NCBI GenBank assembly: GCA_030704615.1
Contig: CM060731.1
Location: 38,502,001 to 38,566,000, forward strand
DNA: 64,000 nucleotides
Reading direction: 5' to 3'
Source: Takakia lepidozioides
Lineage: Eukaryota; Plantae; Bryophyta
The position numbers and the translations under genes were made by a program. The stretch's first letter is position 1; each line of letters starts with the position of its first letter. Positions 25,083 through 36,173 of the stretch are shown piece after piece. The notes under the pieces are model-generated. The model made no database searches and was not told the DNA's origin. It saw only the letters and a program-made list of their open reading frames with translations.

Positions 25083-25640
25083 TCTAGAAGATCTTCAGCT
25101 TTTCACCTTGAATATCAGGACAAGAGGTGACCAAGTGCAGTGGACTCGTGAGAAATCCCAAACTGGGGAACGCTCCATTGTGGATTATATCATAATGGAC
25201 AAAAATTTGTTCCCCCAGTGTGCGAATGTGTTGATCGACAGAACTGATATTGCTACCTCTGACCAGTTCCTGGTTTGGAATGAGATCAAAAGGTGTTTTC
25301 CCAACACCAAGAGATATGTGAAACATTCGATTCGGAAGTGGCGCATAGAAAAACTTCATAATGAGGAGGTCAAGGTTGAGTATGTCCAGGCCTTGCAAGA
25401 GGCTCTCCCTCTCAATGCAATCGCTCCAAGAACTTCAGTCTCGCTCTGATAACGCAAGAAATGAAGTCGAAAGAGCAGGGGACTCTTGGGAGAGTTTCGT
25501 TTCCTCCGTGGTTGACAAGATCATTGGGATGAAACTAATTGTCTGTGCTAGAGCTGTTAATTGGTGGACCAATGAGATTAAACTCAAGATAGCTGAGAGA
25601 CGAGCCCTCTATAAAGAGTGTTGCAATTTCGCCGGACCCA
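25083..25640 (+). mobile_element. LINE ORF2 fragment (end of AP endonuclease plus linker)
   Basis: QWTR..RSIVDYIIM..IATSDQFLVW (SDH-type motif), then WWTNEIKLKIAERRALY; frameshifted and truncated. Confidence 0.75.
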
Positions 25641-28493
25641 ATTAATCCCGTTATCCAAGAACCAGATGTAGACCCGACCTCGTAGGAGAAGGAGTGCCGG
25701 ACTTACAATCATGAGCTGAGGCCAGACATCTACGATTACCTGGTTTTTTTATTTTTGCAGCGACGGAATGTCTTGTGTGAACATTTTTGGAGGACTGGCA
25801 ATGACATACATTCTGCTTGTAAGTGGATTCTGCATCTTGGAATTGTCTGTGTTTTCAGTTCTCCCGGATTTAACTCTCGTATTATTGACGTTGTCGGAAT
25901 AGCGTGTTTAACCCGTGTCTGATTGTTTCCATTTTGTTAACCTCCGCTGGGCAATGGAGGTTCATGTTATTGGAGTTGTGGGTGTTTTGGGTGTTTGTTA
26001 TTCTGCAATTTGGTGTGTTTGGTAGTTGTCTCAAAAGAAAGCCTAACCATTTCAATCTTTCGATGGTTGGTGTTCGTCGGATTTATTTTGATATCATTGT
26101 TTGGTTTCATTACAGGAAATAAATATTCGTGTGCTCGACATAACTTTGTAACGAAAAAGAAATTTTGTAGAAGCAAGGTGGAGGCCTATTTCAGGACCCT
26201 CCAGATTGACAATCAGACTATTGCAGGAGACAGAGATTACGGAGACTCATTGCAGGATGACGAAGTGGATGAAGAAGATGATGACAAAGGACACGACAAG
26301 GATCAGGATGAGGAAATGGAGGAGAAACAAGAAGAGGACGACGAGGAGGAGAAAGACGAAGATGAGAACATGGAAATCGTCAACGGAGTCCAGGGGCAGA
26401 TACGGCTAATGTGGAAAAGGGAAAGAGAGGGCTAGGAAATTTCACGGTTGGATAATCTAGGTAGTACTCCAAATACCCAAGAACGCGTTGCGCCACAAGA
26501 TGTACACAATCTGGACAACTCTTCCTCCAGTTCCGATAACACCACGAATAGGAATCCGGCTTCTCCAGGGGGACAAGAAGCGACATCGAGGGAGGTAGTT
26601 GAAACTCTCGGTCAAGGGTTCACACATGTGGAAGGTGACGAACCATTGATTATGTCACCGGATCCCGTTAACAATCGTCGTGATTTGGTGTCCCAGAATG
26701 TCACCCAGGAAGTGGTTCTGGATGTAGGTAACAAATGACAATTAGTGAATGTTTATTCGTACACACTTCTGAATACAATATGACAATATTGTAATTATAC
26801 ATACTTGTGAGTGGAATAATCCAACTGTTTTTTCCATATGACAATATTGTAATTATATATAATCCCAATGTTTTTCCCATATCCGTCTTTCTGGACTTCC
26901 GAATAAAACATATTTCCACCCGGATACATATTTCTGTTCGCACATCTTTGTGGACAACCACTAACCGATTTGGGATAACTTTTCTTGTAGATCCAAGAAT
27001 CCAATTCGGAGGAAATGACACACACAAGAAAAGGATCAAAGGAGACTCAAACGGTGAAGAGACACGTGGATCTGACAGTGAGAGCCAGGTCACCTGAGCC
27101 GGTTCCGCAAGTAACCTTCCACTGTCCAGTCGACGTTGCCATCAAGGGACGCAGGGATTGAGTCGGAGAATCCTCCTAGTCACGGAGAAGGAGAAGAGAC
27201 AGAGCACCACAATCGCGTAATCCAACAACAGATCCCCATTCGGATAAAACATTGGCTTTATTCTTATTACTCTTATTATTGGTCTTTCAGTCTCATCTTC
27301 GGTATTGCTCCATTCGGTAATTTTGTCAGATCATTTTGGACCACCATAGTCGTCATCCGTGGGATTTTTCATTAATTTCCTGTAGATTCGTGAGACGACG
27401 TCTGAGGAGATCAAACACACGAGGACCGACTCCATCGACACTGAGACGGTGAAGAGAAGAGTGGATCGAACAATTACTGTCGCTCTATCTGAGCCGGTCA
27501 TACAAGTAACCTCCACTGGACAGTCGAGGTTGCCATCTGGCTCCACAGAGAAGGACAATAACGTTGGACGTAGAGATGGGAAAGAGGAGGAGCAGCACTA
27601 GTACAGAAACTGGTTTTTTTAACGGCTCTTCTCACACATTTTGGTGTGAAAAAAACGCAAGTTCACACCCCCCCCTTGGTGTTAGGTTAACCTAGTCCTT
27701 TGCACCACATGTGAACTTTCTTGGTCATGTCAATAGAGAATTGTGGGCGAGGTACTACCAGCTCCGTAAAGATATCAATCAGCTTGTTAGGTCTCAGAAC
27801 CCTAAATTATACTGGGACAAGTTATATAGTGTTTGAAACTCGGAACTTTGGTGCAGATCGCAAACCTGCTGATGGGTTGGGGAGTTTGCAGGGTGCTTTG
27901 CGCGCTTTTTCTTTTGTTGGGCTTCTTTCATCGTTTCCATCTCTGACTCCGAGCTGGTCTCATTCAAGTCTTCATGTGCGGCATAATCTTGGTCTCGCTG
28001 CAATTCTTGCTCTCGTGCCTCCTCTGTGTCTGACTCCGCTACCACCTGCGCTCCTCTTGCTCTACCTCTTTCTCCGTTGTGACATTGCAGAGTGCAGGAG
28101 TTGAACTCTATGACTTCGGCGAGGAGGACCTGTGTGTTTGAGGATTTCCTCAACGAGGCGTTTAGGGCGACTCAATCTCGCTTCAACGCTGCAAAGAAGA
28201 AGAAGAAAGACAATGTCGGCAGCAGCAAAACCCTAACATATCCTCTTTGCAGGTTGGAGCTTTTATGCGGTTGGAGCTTTTATGCGGTTCATGGTAGGGG
28301 CTAGGTATATGAAAAAACGCAAGTTCGGACCTCTTTGCAATGTCGTAGATCTTCAGTCGTGCGAAGAATGCCTTGTTCTCCGCTTGACGCTTTGCTCGTT
28401 CTACCTCCCTCGCTGTAGGCTTGCGCCCTGGTGTAACTTCTGGACACTCTATGTCTGTCTCCATTTCCTGACGAGTCTCACTCAGTCGCCAAG

Positions 28494-31400
28494 ATGATCC
28501 CTCCTACTGCCCATCGATTGCAAAGGCGGACACAAGCAGAACATGACGATGACAGATTGTGGAAACTAGAGGAAGCGCGAGCAAGAAGACTGGGTCTTCG
28601 GAAAATTCTATGTCCATGCAATGCCTGTCATGGTGGGAACTGGCAAACCATTGGCCGGGCTAAGCGTCATCTGCTTTTGAACTTGCGAGCGGTGCATATC
28701 TATGGATTCTCTTCCCTTAACCCTGATGCATACTTTGAAATTATAAGAAACAGTTCAAATTCCTGGTAGCGGGATTGTTGTAAGGTGTAGAGTATTGTAC
28801 ATGCCCGTTTTCCTATTGCCACGTGCCTGTATTATGGCACGTTCCACATCCACCATTTCCAACCCTAAACTCCTCATCTTATTGTGGATTGACATGTGGA
28901 CTGATATGCTTATAAGCAGGAAAACTCTGGAGACGAACATGAGGGGTTTAGAACGGAAACCAGCCCTGCATGTGGTCCTGATACCTTGGATCGTAATCTT
29001 GACATGCTTAGAATGCTCCGGGAGACATTCGCAACTACATATAATGGGGTGCAAACTGGTGCACATGAGGAACCGGGAGATGGAACACAGGGCCAATGGG
29101 ACACAGATGGAGTGCCAGAGCAGACTGATGGTGGACTGAAGAGCGATGTTGATCGTGGTGCAGCGAGTGCCTTACGTTTTGAGCAGGAGGCATCCAGGGC
29201 TTTGTATGTAGGGAGTTCTTCCTCTCGATTGTCTGCTACCTTACTGCTGTTAAATGCTTGTCAAACCCATGGTGTGTCAAACACCTTTGTCGATGAACTC
29301 CTTACATTGTTAGGAAGACAACTGTTGCCAGCAGACAATTGCCTGCCAAAGTCCCACTATGAGGCAAAACAACTCATAATGGAATCCGGGCTTCATTACG
29401 AGAGTATACATGCATGTCCGAAAGGTTGTGTGTTGTTCAGAAGGGAGCTTCAAAATTTGGAGGTTTGTCCAAAATGTCAGGCATGTCGTTATGTGGTGGG
29501 TACGAAGACACCAGTACCTCGTAAGGTCCTTCGACATTTCCCTATCATTCCAAGGCTGCTTCGAATGTATAAAGTCAAATCCATCTCAGAGTTATTGTCA
29601 TGGCACTTTAAGAATCGAAGTTTGGATGGCTTGGTTAGGCACCCAACAGACAGCAAGGCTTGGGCCCACATTGACCAAAAATGGCCTGAGTTTGCAGCGG
29701 ACCCCAGAAATCTGCGATTGGGTCTCGCATGGGATGGTGTCAATCCTTACAGTGATAAATCAAACAAATGGTCAACTTGGCCTGTCATGTTGGTAAACTA
29801 TAATCTTCCACCATGGCTGTGTACTAAGCCATTTTCACGATGTTGGCTTTATTGATTCCTGGACCACAATCTGTGGGAAATGACAATGCAGATGTTTATT
29901 TGCAGCCCTTGTGGATGAGCTGAAATTGTTGTGGGAAGTTGGTGTGGAGGCATTGGATGGAAGTAGCCTAGTGGGGCAACAGTCATTTCGCATGAGGGCC
30001 ATCTTGATGTGGTCAATCCACGACTTTCCAGCTTATGGGTTGCTAGCAGGATGCGCACACGGGGGATACAAGGCCTGCCCAGCTTGCGGCCCTAATGTTG
30101 ATTCCAGGTACTCCAAGGCATGCAAAAAAGTTTTGTATCTTGGTCATAGGAGATACTTGCCTGCTATTCATCCCTATAGGAATAACTCGTCCCACTTTAA
30201 TGGACATGTGGAACATAGAGCAGCTCCTATGGTGGTCACTGCAAGTGAGCAATTTGACCGGGCTACAACCAGAGAGTTTGTATCTCGCAATGGGAGGGGC
30301 TGAGGGGGGAACTGGACCCTTCAAAGGAACATGGCATGAAACGGGTCACTGTTTGAACCGATTGCCATACTGGAAAGACTTACTCATCCGATACACACTG
30401 GATATGATGCATTGTGAAAAAAATTTGTGTGAGAATGTGCTGAGAACCATTCTTGGGGAGAAGGACACAGCCACATCTAGGAAGGATATGGAACTCAATG
30501 TCATTCGTGAACACTTGTGGTTGAGACCCCTCCCTCTCACCCGAACAAGTTGGTCAAGCCTTTGGCCCCATATGTTCTTACTGAAGATGAGAAGGTGCTG
30601 TTTTTGGAAACATTGGCTGCAGTAAAGGCCCCCACAGGTTATGCTGCCACATTCCAGAAACATGTGGCTGACAATAAACTGTCTACAATGAAACCCATGA
30701 CTACCATGTAATGATGCAGCAGATTTTACCTCTTTGCATTCGAGGGGTATTGGGAAAGGGTCCACGGATGGCAATTATGAGGCTTTCTCGAGGCTTCCAA
30801 AAAGTGTGTGCAAAGATCATTAATCCAGCTGAGGTACCGGCCCTTAAAAGAAGATGTTGCAATCACTATGTGTCTGCTGAGAAAGAATTCCCTCCGTTAT
30901 TTTTTGATATCATGACTCACTTGCTTGTACACCTTATGGACGAATTGGAGGTGTGTGGTCCCGTGTCTAGCCGTTGGGAATGTATCCTATGGAACGGTAT
31001 ATGAAGTACATTAAAAGGCTATGTAAGGATTATGAGCCGACCTGAAGGGAGCATGGGCGGAAGGGTATGCTTTGGATGAGGCCCTAGGGTTTCTAACTGA
31101 GTATATGGCTGAATTTCATGCTACAAGCCGAAGGGTGTGGGACTCCAATGAAGAAGACTCAGTTAGTGGGGAGGTGGTTGAAGGATTGGGAACTGTACGA
31201 GTCCTCACCATTCAAGAACGAGACAGTGCACACGAGTATATTTTGCACAACACAGATTGCATGAAACCATTCCTTGAGTAAGTATGTTGCTTATCATATC
31301 CTGTGTGTTTCATTTCTGCCAATGGTATAAGCTGTAATCCTAATTTGCAATTCTCATTTGGACAGGGCCTATGAAGAGGAGATGGCACTCATAGAAGCAT

Positions 31401-32278
31401 CCCGCACTGAGTTCAGAACAGCATACCTTTGTGGACAAGACCAAGACCACCACAATGGAGAAATTCCATACCCAACAGATATGCGCTTACTGGCTCCATT
31501 CCATGAATGGATTGAAGGTGCTGTCCAACGCAAGGTGAGTTCAGGTGAGTCCTATGATTTGGACATATGCCATTTATGTATACCACCAGCAGTACAGTCA
31601 TTGGGCTTCAAGTCCATGTATGCTTACGGCAATCACTTTCGAGCAATAAGTGATGGGACTGGTGCCAGAGACAGGGTGACATTTGATTCTGGAGTTGCTC
31701 AAGTATTCCATCAGGAAAGCGAAAACAGAGCAGGTATGTCCAGACGAGTGTTATCCCAATTGGAATATGTGGGTGTTGTAAGAGAAATAATTCAACTGGA
31801 TTACGAAATTCTTCACCCAATTATGTTCTTGTGTACATGGGTGAGGTCACACATGGTGGGCCGGAATGCCACCATGAAATGAGATGATTATGGCTTTCTC
31901 TTGGTTGACTTCAGTCGCATGTTGCCTGGGATGGAGCAGCCCTGGACATTCCCTAGTCAGGTGGAGCAAGTTTTTTTCTCGGATGAAAAAAGTTCACGAG
32001 GGAACTGGAAGGTGGTCCTTCACAAGGACCCTCGATCCCGACGAGTGGTTCACAATATTACAGAAGTGGCACTGGGTGAGGGAGACATTTATGTAGGCAT
32101 GGTGCCTCCTGAAATTCCTCATAACATCATGACTGAGCTTGATGTTTGTGTTCCTTTGAGTGAGGCAGATGAATTGGCCATTGCCAACTTGAATGCACCT
32201 GCAAGGCAGAGGCGAAATGGTAGAAGGCGGAGGCAAGCTCCACATGGGAGGTACCAAGCCAGTTGTGCTATGGTGTAG
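28494..32278 (+). pseudogene. CACTA TnpD-like transposase (Transpos_assoc, Transposase_21, DUF4218, DUF4216), frameshifted
   Basis: ILCPCNAC; IHACPKGCVLF..CPKC; RHPTDSKAWAHID; PRNLRLGLAWDGVNP; WPVMLVNYNLPPW; WSIHDFPAYG..CPAC; LDMMHCEKN; FFDIMTHLLVHL; FPSQVEQVFF. Confidence 0.92.
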
Positions 32279-32419
32279 AGTTGGTTTCTCCTATTGCATG
32301 TACTTTTCCAGGGTTTATACTTGATACAGCATGGTACCTTCCATGGGTGGGAGTGACTGAGCTGTTGGGGTGGGCAAAATTCTGACAAACACACTTTCAT
32401 TTGTGACAGTGAACCCTAA

Positions 32420-33378
32420 ACAGTCATGAAGCTCTGGCATGAATACTTTTCTGACCCTAATCAATGGTGGCCCAATTGTGGGAAAAAGGTGAATGCATGT
32501 TGGATTATAGAGAGTAGCAGATGCAATTGAGCATAGGAACTAGTGTGAGAAGTTGAGTTGGGTGTTTCCTAGAACAAATATAGGCTGTTATTGTCAGTTG
32601 CTACCAGCAAGGCAAAGATGTATGCATGATTTGTGAGAGGCATGGATAGCTGAAGGAGCAGGGATAGAGTGTGGGTCCAGATTCATCCAAGAGGGCCACA
32701 TTTCAAGCACAACATTGCCTATGATTCCTTGTGGAAGGATTGGTACAAGAAACCTGCATGGGTAGATGGTCAACTGGAAGCCGCAGCTAGCAGCGGCACA
32801 ATTGTAAAATCGGGCGATGAGGGCACCTTCTTCAACACATTTCAGCCTGTTTTTCCCCCTTATCACAATCGGCCCTAAATTTCCATGTTGAATTCTGCAA
32901 GTTAGCTGGTGGTGGACACATGTATAGCAAATGTGGGAGCACTGAGGATGCGTGTTCAACACTATGGCTGAACGAGATTGTGCGTTTGCAGTGCGTGTGC
33001 AAGTCTGGCAGCTTTGGATGCATCACCAAAAGTTGGCAGCTTTGGATGCATCACCAAAGTTGGAATTGTAACAGATGCGATCCAAATGTGGGGAACATCA
33101 AGGGTATGCCAAATGCCTCGTATGCCAAATGTAGGAGCATCAAGGGCAAACCTGGCAGCTCTGGAAAAAGGGAAGAGGTCCATGGCTTCATTGTCAAAGC
33201 TGGAATTCTACCTGATGTGATTCTGAACAATGCCCTCGTGGACATGTATGCCAAATGTGGGAGCATCAAGGATGCGAAGGCAGTTTTCCATCACTATGGC
33301 TCTTGGAGTGATTTTGACATGTACCAGCGAAGGGAGAAAGTGGGGCCCTCAGTAGACGAGTTGAAAAGCACTAGTTAA
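32420..33378 (+). pseudogene. Captured host fragments inside the CACTA: an OSB-type PDF motif and PLS-class PPR repeats
   Basis: KLWHEYFSDPNQWW (~32430) and PRGPHFKHNIAYDSLW..KPAWVDGQL (32669-32790); MYSKCGS, YAKCRSI, VHGFIVKAGILPDVILNNALVDMYAKCGSIKDAKAVF. Confidence 0.7.
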
Positions 33379-35689
33379 AAAGCACTGGCGCTTGATAGGG
33401 TGGGGCAAAATTCAGGCTGGGGTGATCATTGATATCCCGGACGCAATGTAAAAAAGACGGTTGTGAGTGAAGGACACCCGTAGCAAAAAAACCCTGCTGT
33501 CTCAAAAAAGGAGGCAGTCACAAAGAGCAAGGCACTTTGTCCAAGCTTCTCGAATCTAGCAACAATGTGGACAGGGATTGAGTCATTGGGAACAATTTAT
33601 GTAAGGTGGCGAAGAAAACCTTGTCTGAGGATCACTGGATATTTCTCTAGTACGGTTGGACTAGTAGAGATTGAAATCCGTGCTCAGCTCAGCTTCAGAC
33701 TGTCTCATTGTGAAGGGTCACGGTTGACTGGACAGAAATGGGATTGACATTGCCGGGCTCCAAATCTCTGAGACGACATGTGGTAGTTTTATCTATAGCT
33801 TCTCAAAGCAATTGTTTTACATTGTTCATTATAGTGTGACATTCTCATAACGATATTGTCGTCAGCTGCATGAGCAGTGCATCTTTTTGGATTGTTGGTC
33901 CCCATAACCCTAATAACCTTTTTGAACTTTTTAAATTCTCTAAACAAAAGTCTATGTGTTATGTCGTCCAGGGCATGTTGAATAGAGGTGGAAGTCATTT
34001 TATCCATCCATCTTCCACCTGGATGGTCAATGGGCCAAGTCATATCCACCTTGATGGTCAATGTGCCACGCCATATAGTTGCCCCAAATTCCTGTAGGAC
34101 ATCTGACACTCACCTCACACTCCATGACTCATTTGACACTCATGTCAAATGCCCCATATGAATTATCTTGGTCAACATTTGTTGACCGTATGGGTGTCAT
34201 TCGAGTGTGAAATTTGTAACACCATGTGGCTTTTCCTACAATGATCCAAATCACACCTTGCCTCGTCTCACATGGGTGTAAGAAGAGCCGTTCAAAGTGC
34301 CAGGTGTGAACTATGGGTGGTGTTGGAAAAACCGGTTTCTGTAGTAGTGCAGCCTGCCCAGGGATCTCAGCAGCCGACTCCAAAAACGGTAATGATCTCA
34401 ACTCCATTCTTCCGTTTGTCTACTTTGGGATTTCTCAAATTGAAATTAATAATGAACTCTTCTGTTATTCCACAGGACAACATGCATTACCCTCCAGTCG
34501 ACTATTCCCTTTCTGTCAATCCAAACGATCTGCATTTCCTTCCTTGGGGACCGAACGGATGCCGGCCAGGATACTACGTCCTGGTTCTGGACATCGGTTA
34601 CCTTTGTGAGGTTTTCCTAAAGGATGGAAAGAAAACACGTCCTGCCATCTAGCCTTGTATCTCCGCAGGGAAATTCAAGTTAGCTGCGCGAAACGGTCTT
34701 GACGAATTCGTTAAGTGGGCCGTCAAAAAGTTTGCCGTTTGTTTTTGGAACACTGGACCTGAAATGAACGTCGAGACTATCGCCAAGACCGTGTTCGGGA
34801 AGTACTATTCCCAGGTCAGAACTTACAGCAGTGAGAATTCCGTCATGCATAGATCGACATTCAACGAAAAATGGCCTAAAGCTCCCAAAAATCCCATCTA
34901 CTTTAAACGTCTTTACGACATTTTCGTTGAGGAATACCCGACGGCTTACAAATCCAATACTCTCCTCATCGACACTGTAGACAATATGTACAAGTCCTAC
35001 TTAAACCCGTTAGGACATACCATCTTCCTTCCAAAATATAAGGCGAGCGTGGACCCTGACAGAGATAAATTTCTATTGGAAGAGCTCAAGCCTCACCTTA
35101 ACATGTTCCGGTTATCGGGGATGGATGTCATGCCGTTCAACGGCCCTCGAAGGATTTCTTCGAGGACGACCCAGCGATCAAATTTCTTAGAGACTTTGAT
35201 TATAGATGGCAGAAGTTCCTTAGCAATCTCGAGTTGTGTGCCGCTGCATTGGGACATAAAATATTTAAACTGAGTTTGGTGAACCTTGGCTGTCCAGTGG
35301 ACGTTCTTGTTCACTTGCCTGGTGTCGGTTTTTCCAATGCATTGTACCGTTCCCGTTTATCATCCTAAGTATGAATGACTCTCTGGCAGATTGGAGCACC
35401 TGTTTCTCCTCCTGCGCAAGGGTTGCATTTGATTATTTTTGACGTGAATGGAGTCTTGTGCAAAATCTTGAAGCACCAGAAGAGCAGGGATGCCTCGGCG
35501 TGAGCCTGGTCACGTGAGCGCGACTGCGCTCACGCCACGTCACCTTGCGCAAATGCCACGTCACGGGGCTCAGTCCACGTCATCACACGTGGAGGCCGAG
35601 TCACCACGCACCCAGAAAGAAGTGGAGTGTATTCCCGCGGATTGGCACCCTTTACCGCGGAAACAAGCTGGACGACATAATAAAAGGCA

Positions 35690-36050
35690 TTGAATAAATG
35701 ATGGATGAATGTACAGTTGGATGATAAACAGATGGATGAGTTTGAAAAATCTATGTAGATGGATGAATGACGGATGGATAAGAGTAAAATGGATGAATGT
35801 ATAATGGATGTTGAGCAATGACAAAAATTCATGACAGGAAGATGCATGACCAAATCTTTTGACGAATGCACAAAGTATATGAAATGAGTGTGGAAGGTTT
35901 GTGGGGTGGATTAAAGAGTACAGAGGATGAATGTACAATGGATGTTGTACAAAGGAAGCTTTCATGAATGGAGCACGCATGAATACAGTGTAGATGAATG
36001 CACAATGGATATGAGAAGAGTCAGGAAGGTTTGTGAGATGGATTCATACA
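35690..36050. repeat. Degenerate (ATGGATGA) low-complexity tract
   Basis: Repeated atggatgaat / gatgaatg units downstream of the MTase gene. Confidence 0.7.
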
Positions 36051-36173
36051 TATAGCAATTTAAACGAAAGTTGATTCTGTGATTATTATTTGTTCTAAAG
36101 GAACAACTACGGTAGAGTAAGGGGATTCAACGTTTTCCAGATAATATGAAAATGAATATTAAAAGAATACAGT

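Larger units (their letters stand above)
27596..34349 (+). mobile_element. CACTA (En/Spm) DNA transposon, 6754 bp
   Basis: Left TIR CACTAGTACAGAAACTGGTTTTT; right TIR (reverse complement) CACTACTACAGAAACCGGTTTTT; 3-bp TSD CAG at 27593-27595 and 34350-34352; internal TnpD-type transposase. Confidence 0.95.
26190..35273 (+). pseudogene. Multi-exon gene with an acidic/disordered N-terminus and a NIF-type HAD domain (copy 2), interrupted by the CACTA
   Basis: Removing 27596-34352 joins ...DGKEEEQ|PAQGSQQPTPKT in frame. HAD at 34570-35100: YVLVLDIGYLC, ARNGLDEFVKW, VCFWN, YFKRL, SNTLLID, NP. Confidence 0.65.

Noticed and set aside
28986-32278. Programmed frameshifting in the TE genes
   Set aside because: The shifts are numerous and scattered, which fits decay or sequencing indels.
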